Assembly (NCBI GenBank): GCA_964402225.1 | Contig: CAYOBQ010000083.1 | Coordinates: 1-37,525, forward strand | Reading direction: 5' to 3' | DNA length: 37,525 nucleotides | DNA from: an uncultured Nannocystaceae bacterium | Lineage (GTDB): Bacteria; Myxococcota_A; Bradymonadia; UBA7976; UBA1532 | Translations under genes and position numbers: made by a program | The notes under the pieces: generated by a model | Told to the model about the DNA's origin: nothing | Databases searched by the model: none | The model's input: the letters and a program-made list of their open reading frames with translations, nothing else | Shown here: piece after piece, positions 30,909 through 37,525 of the stretch | How positions within the stretch are numbered: position 1 is the stretch's first letter | How the letters are laid out: every line of letters begins with the position of its first letter

Positions 30909-32255
30909 TCACGAGGTGGCCAGCAGCGCGGGGATCGGCTGGCTCCTCAACATTGTAGCGTCCATCCCCGCCGCCGCCAACACCGTGCTGCACAGGTGCT
31001 GGGGCAGCATGGAGGCCCCGCCTTCGTTTGGCTGGCCGCTGGCGAGATCCACCAGCTCCGGCCCCATCGAGTTGTCACTGCTTCGCCCGACCACGACCCC
31101 CGGCCGGATGCCGGCGCCGGCGACCAGCGCGCTGCTGCCGAGGTGGTGGTCGCGACCGCTTCGCTCGTTGAGGCGCGGCGTGCGGGCGAACTCGCTGAAC
31201 GCGAAGATGGTGGTCTTCGAGAGCATCGATCCCCCGCCCGGCGCCTCGCTGTCGCGCAGATCGGTGATCAGGCGCGCCAGCGCGTCGAAGCCCGCCGCCA
31301 GGTTCACGCTGTGCTGCCCCGCCCAGGACCCGTCGTGGGTGTCGAGGCCGTTGGCGAGCACCACGCTGACGGTGCGCGAGAGCCCCGTCTTGAGCGCCTG
31401 CGCGGCGAGGGCGGCCCGACCCATCGGGGTCTCCGTCTGGCCCTCGGCGAAGCCGTAGTGGCGTCGCACCTCGGCCATCTCCGGGCCGTTGAACTCGAAC
31501 TGGCGGTGCAGCGCGGAGTTGACGACATCACGCGCCCGGCGGCGGTTGTCCCGATAGATCGCGGCGAGCCGGGAGACCGAGGCGCCGTGCTCCGGCAGGC
31601 ACTCTCGGGTCTTCGTCCAGTAGTCGCCCAGCGCCCCCTTCACGTTCGGGGGGATGTTGGTCGGCAAGCCCAGGTCTTCCTGGAGGATGTAGCGCACTTG
31701 ATCCACCGCGGCGATCGGCATCGCCCCGGCGAAGGGCGGCTGGTCGACGTTGTAGCTCTCCACGCCATGGGCGAGGTGCGGGATGGTGCGGTCCTGGCCG
31801 ATCTGAGCGGTGGCGATGGTGGCCACCGACGAGCCGCGTGCCGTCAACCCCGACGGGGGACGCCCGGTGATCAGATAGCGGCGCCCCACCTCGTGGGTGA
31901 GCGTCGCCATATTGAGGCCCCGCATGAGGCTGAAGTGCTCGCCGAGCTGCGCGAGCTCGCCGACGCAGGGGCCGAGGCGGAACGGGCCCGCGTCGATGGG
32001 CGCCCGCGAGAACTGCGGGGGCAGCCGCTCGTAGGCCGGCTGGATGCCGGTCTCGGGCAGGTTGCCCTCGTTGAACTCCGCCGGATCCCGGGGGTCGAGG
32101 GCGAGCAGTTGGTCCCAGCCGCCCTCGTAGTAGCAAAAGACGAAGTAGTGGTCGGTCTCACCCGCCGCGTGGGCGGCGCGCGCCAGCAGGCCGTCCCCGA
32201 GGGAGAGGGCGCCGGCGGTGAGGCCGGTGCGAACAAGGAAGTCGCGTCGGTTCAT
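30909..32255 (-). CDS. Tat-exported DUF1501 (sulfatase/alkaline-phosphatase-like fold) protein (448 aa)
   Basis: MNRRDFLVRTGLTAGALSLG...AHA is a twin-arginine signal (RRDFL). The body matches the DUF1501 family pattern and includes HDGSWAGQHS and DHHLGS metal-site-like motifs. Such genes typically pair with DUF1549/DUF1553 genes, and one lies two genes upstream. Confidence 0.85.
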   Translation of the reverse strand: MNRRDFLVRTGLTAGALSLGDGLLARAAHAAGETDHYFVFCYYEGGWDQLLALDPRDPAEFNEGNLPETGIQPAYERLPPQFSRAPIDAGPFRLGPCVGELAQLGEHFSLMRGLNMATLTHEVGRRYLITGRPPSGLTARGSSVATIATAQIGQDRTIPHLAHGVESYNVDQPPFAGAMPIAAVDQVRYILQEDLGLPTNIPPNVKGALGDYWTKTRECLPEHGASVSRLAAIYRDNRRRARDVVNSALHRQFEFNGPEMAEVRRHYGFAEGQTETPMGRAALAAQALKTGLSRTVSVVLANGLDTHDGSWAGQHSVNLAAGFDALARLITDLRDSEAPGGGSMLSKTTIFAFSEFARTPRLNERSGRDHHLGSSALVAGAGIRPGVVVGRSSDNSMGPELVDLASGQPNEGGASMLPQHLCSTVLAAAGMDATMLRSQPIPALLATS

Positions 32256-32274
32256 CGTGGTGCTCCTCTAGATC

Positions 32275-32937
32275 CTAGTAAAGGATGAACTCGGGGTCGG
32301 TCATCATGGCGATGCAGACCGCGAGCCAGCCGTCTTCCGCGGCCCGCTGGGCGGGGGCGGTGGACGAGGCGTTGACGAAGAGGTCGAAGAGGTCCGCGAT
32401 GGCGGTCTCCTCTTCCGGGGGTACGAACCGCGAGTAGAACCGGAGCTGGAGGCGTCGGAGGTTCTCCTTGACCAGGGCCTCGTCGGTGCTCGACCAGTCC
32501 GCGTGGGCGACGAGCGTCCGTTCGTCCGCGGGGGCCGCGGCGTCCTTGGCGACCCAGTCCACACAGATGGCGTGGCTGGCGTCCTGCATGAACTTCGCGA
32601 TGAGCAGCGTGGGCTCCGTGTTCTCCTCCGTGATGCGCAGGTAGTCGGGGGCGCCGAGCGTGGGTCCGAAGACCTCGAGCAAGTTGACGGGGCCCTGGCC
32701 GAAGTCCTCGATCCACTCGACGCCGCCCGTGATCACCGGGATCGAGCGCGTGAGCTGCTCCACCGTGAGCCGGCCCACGGCGCGGCCCGTCGCGGCTGGC
32801 TCCGGCTCGGGATCGACCCCCGCGTCGGGGGTGTCGGGCCTCGAGGTCGGGGGATCATCGAGCGTCGCGCTCGGCGCGGCGTCCTCTTCGCAGGCGGTGA
32901 GGGCCACGAGCAGGAGGGCCAAGCTGTGCCACCTCAT
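32275..32937 (-). CDS. hypothetical lipoprotein (220 aa)
   Basis: MRWHSLALLLVALTAC is a lipobox. The start overlaps the stop of the upstream DUF1549/DUF1553 gene by 4 nt (ATGA). It lies 19 nt upstream of the DUF1501 gene. Confidence 0.65.
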   Translation of the reverse strand: MRWHSLALLLVALTACEEDAAPSATLDDPPTSRPDTPDAGVDPEPEPAATGRAVGRLTVEQLTRSIPVITGGVEWIEDFGQGPVNLLEVFGPTLGAPDYLRITEENTEPTLLIAKFMQDASHAICVDWVAKDAAAPADERTLVAHADWSSTDEALVKENLRRLQLRFYSRFVPPEEETAIADLFDLFVNASSTAPAQRAAEDGWLAVCIAMMTDPEFILY

Positions 32938-34511
32938 CGGACCATCCTCCCGTAGGCCGGATCCAACACCAGCGCACGGACCAGCGACTTGAAGTCGTAG
33001 TCGCTGGCGACGAAGCCCTCGGCGAAGCGCTGCATCGCGTCGCGGCGCTCATCGTCGGTGGGCGCTCGATGGTAGAGGCGAGTGAAGAGCTTCTCCGCCA
33101 CGCACGTCGGCAGGGCGCCGGAGTCGATGGACTGCTCGACGAAGCCGCGCGGGCCGGTCTCGACGTTGCTGATCTCGCGGTCGCCGCGGAAGAGGTAGGC
33201 GCGGAGCACGCCAGCATAGGGCGCGAGCTCGGGGTGCCCGATCTCGGTGACATAGAAACGCTGGCAGATGAAGTCACAGCCTCTGCCTCCGTTGCGCGCG
33301 CAGGCGGCGCAGCGCGCGCTGTAGGGCGGGTAGAACGCCGGATCGATGTACATCGTGCCGGCCTCGGCGAAGCGACCCCACCACGCGGCGGCGGGCTCGA
33401 GGCGGGTGTGGCAATGGCTGCACCCGCAGCGCTTTCGCAGGTTGGGCTGGTCGCTGCACGGGTCATTGGGGCTGGGCAGGCCACCGGGTGGCGCGATGAA
33501 GGGATCGCAGAGGAAGGCATGGTGGAAGCGGTTGGCGCGGGCGCGCGAGGTCTGGAAGCGGAGCAAGAAGGAGACGCTCGTGAGCAAGCCGGAGTGCTTG
33601 TCATGGGCGCGCGGGACGTCGTGCCACTCGAGATCGGTGTAGGGGATGTCGGGCAGCTCGGCCAACTCGACGGGGGGCACGGCGATGATGGGATCGACCG
33701 CCATCGGCGCGAGGTGACGGTAGTAGTGGACCAGGTGGCCGTTCACCGGCTCGTCGGTGCCCAGGAGCATGTCGGTGTAGGGGCGACCCTCGTCGATGGG
33801 CCGCTCCACCATGCGCAGGAGCTGCTCCTGGAGGGACGCGACGGTGTCCAGGACCACGGGGATGCTCGCGCAGCGCTCGAGGTTGGGGCCGCAGCCGCAG
33901 GTGCCCGAGGCGAGGCCGGCGAACTCGGCGCAGGGCTGACCGTTGAGCGCGGTCTCGAGCAGCCGCGCCTCCAGAGCGCAGACCTTCACCTCGGTGCCGG
34001 GCGCCCAGTAGGGCTCGACCATCACCCAGCCCTCGCGACGAGTGCCGTCGTCGAGGGACTCGAAGACGAGCTCTCCCTCCTCGTCCCACTCGGCGGGCTC
34101 GTCCTTGCACGGCACCAGCCCGCCGCGCTCGTTGACGCCGACGAAGAGGAGAAAGAGCCGCTCCGGATCGCCGTAGTCGTAGTAGAAGCGCGCCGGGAGC
34201 AGCAGCGCCGCGGCGCCGCCGACGATGTCGAGGGCCTCGGTGCTGGGCCACAGCAAGTCGCGGTGGTGCCGGCGCACGAAGTTCGAAAACTCCGCGCTGT
34301 CCAGGAGCCGGTCTACGTCGGCCTCGGTCACCGACTCGCCCAGCGCCTCGAGCTCCTCCATCGAGGGCACGCGGCCCAGGAGATCGAGCGTGAGCTGCCG
34401 GAGGAGCCGGTGCCGGTCGACCTCGACGGTGTCCTCGCAGGCCTCCTCGGCGAGCGCCGACGCGCACAGGCCGAGGCAGACCACGAGCAGGGTCGCGAGT
34501 CGTCTCATCAT
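32934..34511 (-). CDS. secreted DUF1549/DUF1553-type protein (PSCyt/PSD-like), Cys-rich with a CxxCH motif (525 aa)
   Basis: Signal peptide MMRRLATLLVVCLGLCASALA. The N-terminal block LLRQLTLDLLGRVPSMEELEALGE...VDRLLDSAEFSNFVRRHHRDLL follows the DUF1549 pattern (L-x-R-R-x-x-LDL-x-G-x-x-P...E...F...VD-x-LL-x-S-x-x-F...RHW-x-D). The C-terminal RANRFHHAFLCDPFIAPPG resembles the DUF1553 motif. CGCSHCH contains CxxCH. Confidence 0.75.
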   Translation of the reverse strand: MMRRLATLLVVCLGLCASALAEEACEDTVEVDRHRLLRQLTLDLLGRVPSMEELEALGESVTEADVDRLLDSAEFSNFVRRHHRDLLWPSTEALDIVGGAAALLLPARFYYDYGDPERLFLLFVGVNERGGLVPCKDEPAEWDEEGELVFESLDDGTRREGWVMVEPYWAPGTEVKVCALEARLLETALNGQPCAEFAGLASGTCGCGPNLERCASIPVVLDTVASLQEQLLRMVERPIDEGRPYTDMLLGTDEPVNGHLVHYYRHLAPMAVDPIIAVPPVELAELPDIPYTDLEWHDVPRAHDKHSGLLTSVSFLLRFQTSRARANRFHHAFLCDPFIAPPGGLPSPNDPCSDQPNLRKRCGCSHCHTRLEPAAAWWGRFAEAGTMYIDPAFYPPYSARCAACARNGGRGCDFICQRFYVTEIGHPELAPYAGVLRAYLFRGDREISNVETGPRGFVEQSIDSGALPTCVAEKLFTRLYHRAPTDDERRDAMQRFAEGFVASDYDFKSLVRALVLDPAYGRMVR

Positions 34512-34576
34512 CAGAGCCTCCTGGCCCTCTCGGTTGTCGGGTACGCGCCGCCGGGCGGCGAGTTTTCACAAAAGGG

Positions 34577-35629
34577 TCAACGTTGGTAGTCGACGCAGCC
34601 TCGGAGGGCCGCCTCGGCGCCCTCGCAATGCTGGATGAAGCTCGCCGTGAAGCGGTTGAGATGGCGGCCGTCCAGCTCGAAGTTGAAGACCTCGAAGCTG
34701 CCCGTGACCCGGTCACAGCCGCGCTCGCTGCCGAAGACGGCGAGGCCAGGGCTCTCCCCCTCGTGGGGGTAGCGCCGGGCGGCCTCGTACTCACCGGGCT
34801 CGAGGGCGACGCCGAGCCCGCGGCTGCTGAAGCCGAGCAAGATCTCGACGTCCGGCTCGTCCTCGCCGCCGGCATAGACCAGCTCGACGGTGTCCTCGGT
34901 CGCGCGCTCGACGGTGATGGCGCCGGAGGTGTACTCGCCGGGCCCGGGGTGGATGGTGTCGCGGAGGTCGAGTTGGTCGTCACCGTTGAGGTAGACGGAG
35001 CCGCCGCCTCCGCAGCCTTCGCTGAAGTCGAAGACGGGGCCTCCCTGGGTGGCGGTCCCGCCGCCGACGAGCCGCAGCGCCCTCGAGATCGCGATGGGCT
35101 CCAGCGGATCGAAGGCGGGGGCGACGCGGATGTAGGCGACCGCGGGGCAGGTGAAGTCCTTCGCGTCGCAGACCTGGAAGCTGTGCACGAGGCTGCCGCC
35201 GGCGTCGTCGCTCTCGGTCCCGTCGAGGACCGGCAACCCCGCGCAGTGGAGGCAGTCGTCGGTGGCCTCCCCCAGCGGCGTGTTCGCGTTCAGACGAATG
35301 GTGCCGGCCCCTTCGGGCTCGACCCAGACGCGGTAGATGCCGGCCCAGCGCGTCTCCGTGTCCCGCTCGAAGATGTGGAAGCTGACGGGCAGGGAGTCCT
35401 CGCCGTTGGCCTGGATTCGGCTGCCCTGGTGCAGATCGATGCGCCCGTCGAGGGCGGGGCCGGCGGGCTCCTCCGCGGGGAAGCAGCCGAGGTTCCGACA
35501 CTGGAGCCCCTCGTCGCAGGGCTCGAGGGAGAGCCTGCACTCGCCCCCGAGCTCACCGGGCCTGGCGCCCTCTTCGGCGCAACCGAGCATCGAGAGGGCC
35601 AACATCGCCGACAGGTGCAATCGCGTCAC
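34577..35629 (-). CDS. hypothetical Cys-rich lipoprotein (350 aa)
   Basis: GTG start at 35629 with GGAGGT upstream gives MTRLHLSAMLALSMLGC, a lipobox. An alternative ATG is at 35605. The mature part has many Cys pairs. GC3 is high. Confidence 0.7.
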   Translation of the reverse strand: MTRLHLSAMLALSMLGCAEEGARPGELGGECRLSLEPCDEGLQCRNLGCFPAEEPAGPALDGRIDLHQGSRIQANGEDSLPVSFHIFERDTETRWAGIYRVWVEPEGAGTIRLNANTPLGEATDDCLHCAGLPVLDGTESDDAGGSLVHSFQVCDAKDFTCPAVAYIRVAPAFDPLEPIAISRALRLVGGGTATQGGPVFDFSEGCGGGGSVYLNGDDQLDLRDTIHPGPGEYTSGAITVERATEDTVELVYAGGEDEPDVEILLGFSSRGLGVALEPGEYEAARRYPHEGESPGLAVFGSERGCDRVTGSFEVFNFELDGRHLNRFTASFIQHCEGAEAALRGCVDYQR

Positions 35630-35706
35630 GAGTGGGAGTCTACCTCCGCCGCCCGAATGGAGCCAACGTAGGCAGCCAGCGGGTCGCGCTGATATGTTGC
35701 AGGCCC

Positions 35707-37047
35707 GTGCGATGGCGACCCACGACCTTGATGCTGACGCTCGCGCTCACCGCGCCGGCGCCGGCCGCCGCCCCTGCGGCCGAGCTGCACCCGCAGGCGC
35801 TCGAATGGAGCGGCGACGCCCCACCGTGGAAGGAGCGGAGGCGTCGGGGCGTCCCGGGGCTGCGTGGCAAGGGCCAGGGCCTCGTAGATCTCTCGTCGTG
35901 GCCACCGGAGCCGCCCTCGCCCGCCGAGATCGACGCGTCTCGCTTCGGCGAGGCGTTGAAGACCATGTGCGGCTGGCTCTCGCCACGACGGAAGCGCCGA
36001 TACACGAAGTGGATCCTCGAGTACGGGAAGAAGTTCGAGGTCGATCCGTTCCTGCTGGCGGCGGTGGTCTACCGGCAGAGTCGCTGCAACAGCCGCTACG
36101 AGGAGGCCTACGGCGTGGGCCTCACGGCGGTCAACGAGCGGATGCACCGAGGGCACTGGGAGGGCCGCGCCTACCGCTACCACGTCTGGCGGGACGGCGC
36201 GTGGCGCGAGGAGCGCCTCGAGATGCCAAAGCACCGTTTTTCGAAGGCTCGGCTGAAGCGGGCCGAGGCGAACATCTACTTCGCGGCCGGGCTGATGGCG
36301 ACGCACCGCGCCCAGTGTCCGCACAACGACGGGGCCTTCGACTCGGTGCCTCACCGGCACTGGGTGTCGCACTTCTACTGGGGTGATCGCGTCCGCGGCG
36401 CTGGCGCCGAAGACCGGGCCCTCGAGGCGCGCCGACGACTCCTGCACCACTACCAGGGTGACCGCGAGTCACCCCTCGGCCGATTTGGCGAGCTGAAGCT
36501 CCGGGCCCCCCTCGGTGGCTGGCCGCGCAAGGTGACCAGCGCCATGGGCGCCGACCGGGACGAGGGGGCGAGGCGCCACATGGGCATCGACTTCGGCTCC
36601 TCCGGCGGCGAGCCGGTCTACGCGGTGGCCGCCGGCAGGGTGGTGCTCGCGGGCGTGCAGAAGCGAAAGGGCACCTTCGCGATGAGCCCGGAGGAGGCGA
36701 TGCAGATCCGGTCGTCGCAGATGGCCCCGGGTGGTCGGCTGGTGATGCTGCGCCACCCCGGCGACTTGAAGTCCGCCTATATGCACCTCCAGAGCTACGT
36801 AGTGGAGACGGGGGACCAGGTCGAGGCGGGGGCGCTCCTCGGCTACGTGGGTCGGACGGGGATGCGGCGCTCGGCGGCCCACCTCCACTTCGAGCTCCGA
36901 CATGCGGGCAAGCACATCGACCCGATGCCGCACCTCGCGCCCTACATCATCGCGCCCAAGGCGACGTGGATTGGCCGCCGAGTCGCCCACGAGGAGCGCA
37001 AACAGCGGCGACGAAGGCGGCGAAGCAGGCGGCGACCGGCCCAGTAG
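35707..37047 (+). CDS. peptidoglycan hydrolase fusion: N-terminal lytic-transglycosylase (SLT)-like domain plus C-terminal M23/LytM metallopeptidase domain
   Basis: SLT-like block: FEVDPFLLAAVVYRQSRCNSRYEEAYGVGLTAV, matching the E-S...A-x-S-x-x-G-A-x-GLMQ pattern. M23 block: HMGIDFGSSGGEPVYAVAAGRVV...AYMHLQSYVVETGDQVEAGALLGYVGRTG...AAHLHFELRH, an HxxxD...HxH zinc site. The start is taken at the GTG at 35707 (VRWRPTTLMLTLALTAPAPAAAPA signal). An alternative ATG is at 35731. The track start at 35632 would overlap the divergent gene. Confidence 0.85.
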   Translation: MRWRPTTLMLTLALTAPAPAAAPAAELHPQALEWSGDAPPWKERRRRGVPGLRGKGQGLVDLSSWPPEPPSPAEIDASRFGEALKTMCGWLSPRRKRRYTKWILEYGKKFEVDPFLLAAVVYRQSRCNSRYEEAYGVGLTAVNERMHRGHWEGRAYRYHVWRDGAWREERLEMPKHRFSKARLKRAEANIYFAAGLMATHRAQCPHNDGAFDSVPHRHWVSHFYWGDRVRGAGAEDRALEARRRLLHHYQGDRESPLGRFGELKLRAPLGGWPRKVTSAMGADRDEGARRHMGIDFGSSGGEPVYAVAAGRVVLAGVQKRKGTFAMSPEEAMQIRSSQMAPGGRLVMLRHPGDLKSAYMHLQSYVVETGDQVEAGALLGYVGRTGMRRSAAHLHFELRHAGKHIDPMPHLAPYIIAPKATWIGRRVAHEERKQRRRRRRSRRRPAQ

Positions 37048-37082
37048 AATCGACCTCGCCGGACGTGCGACGGTGTCGAGGG

Positions 37083-37525
37083 ATGAAGAGGTGTCTCTGC
37101 ATTCTGCTCCCCTTCGCGCTCGCGGCGTGTACCGACGAGAACCCGTTGTTGGCGTCGCCCGACGGTGAACGCCCCGACGTGGGACGCGCGGACACCTCGG
37201 GCGGGGGGGGCAACGCTGGCGCGCCGGACGGCAGGGTCGAGGCCGACGCCGCGCCGCCGGACCGCGGGTTGGCCCCCGACGAGGGGACCGACGGGCTGCC
37301 GGACACCGCGCCGCCGCCGGACGTCGCACCACCCCCACCGGACGAGGGCCCAGATGTGGCGCCGCCGCCGGAGGACGCCCTACCCGACCCCGACGCCGCG
37401 CCTCCGCCACCGGACGCCCTACCCGACCCCGACGCCGCGCCGCCGCCACCGGACGCCCGACCCGACCCCGACGCCGCGCCGCCGCCGCCGGACGCCCGAC
37501 CCGACCCCGACGCCGCGCCGCCGCC
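37083..37525 (+). CDS. lipoprotein with Pro/Asp-rich tandem 13-aa repeats; 3' partial, runs off the window
   Basis: ATG at 37083 gives MKRCLCILLPFALAAC, a lipobox. Then Gly/Asp-rich sequence, then PDPDAAPPPPDA(L/R) repeated at least 4 times, encoded by 39-bp tandem DNA repeats. It is open to the window end, which is why it is absent from the ORF track. Confidence 0.65.
   Translation, partial: MKRCLCILLPFALAACTDENPLLASPDGERPDVGRADTSGGGGNAGAPDGRVEADAAPPDRGLAPDEGTDGLPDTAPPPDVAPPPPDEGPDVAPPPEDALPDPDAAPPPPDALPDPDAAPPPPDARPDPDAAPPPPDARPDPDAAPP
37371..37525. repeat. 39-bp tandem repeat, at least 4 near-identical units, continuing beyond the window
   Basis: Unit GGACGCCC(T/G)ACCCGACCCCGACGCCGCGCC(T/G)CCGCC(A/G)CC is repeated head-to-tail from about 37371. 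More degenerate Pro-codon-rich copies lie upstream (37250-37370). It is in-frame and coding. Confidence 0.7.

Noticed and set aside
30546-32288. 580-aa + strand ORF
   Set aside because: Antisense to the DUF1501 gene. It has no motifs and is Arg/Gly/Ala-rich.
36469-37449. 326-aa minus-strand ORF across the M23 gene end and the repeat region
   Set aside because: Arg/Pro-rich shadow. The + strand encodes the M23 domain and the lipobox protein.
37371-37525. Possible CRISPR array suggested by regularly spaced 39-bp repeats
   Set aside because: The units are contiguous with no spacers, are in-frame and encode PDPDAAPPPPDA peptide repeats of a lipoprotein. No cas genes are present.

Overview
37.5-kb window at ~70% GC that reads like a Myxococcota-type chromosome segment. 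It is dense in envelope and secreted-protein genes, with at least 11 lipobox lipoproteins. I call 31 CDS (2 partial), one tRNA-Leu(GAG) with its Rho-independent terminator, one candidate frameshifted pseudogene, and several repeats and palindromes. Main units: (i) + strand, a lipoprotein, a 533-aa type IV pilin-like protein (ATGA-coupled), a second lipoprotein and a SlyD-type FKBP. (ii) - strand, a stop/start-abutting three-gene cassette: a predicted pseudokinase (HRD changed to HAN) with an extracytoplasmic PEGA domain and a poly-Lys tail, then a TPR+PEGA protein, then a 1291-aa Ig-like/FG-GAP lipoprotein. (iii) tRNA-Leu. (iv) M19 dipeptidase, NfeD/YqiJ and flotillin. (v) A patch with rarer codons holding a decayed ORF, an HNH-nuclease-like ORF and a DUF2188-like ORF. 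(vi) A 1200-aa TPR-like protein. (vii) A class-V aminotransferase tightly coupled to a partner-less ABC ATPase, with a palindromic divergent operator candidate. (viii) A PA14-like lipoprotein. (ix) A long - strand array: tandem DUF3857/transglutaminase-like lipoproteins (one with Cys-to-His loss in the catalytic motif), a VOC enzyme, lipoproteins, and a Tat-DUF1501 plus DUF1549/DUF1553 pair. (x) An SLT+M23 murein hydrolase and a Pro-rich lipoprotein with 39-bp tandem repeats running off the right edge. No CRISPR array, transposase or integrase was recognised. Most long ORFs antisense to these genes are high-GC shadow frames and were rejected. All domain calls come from motif reading of the translations; no database search was possible.
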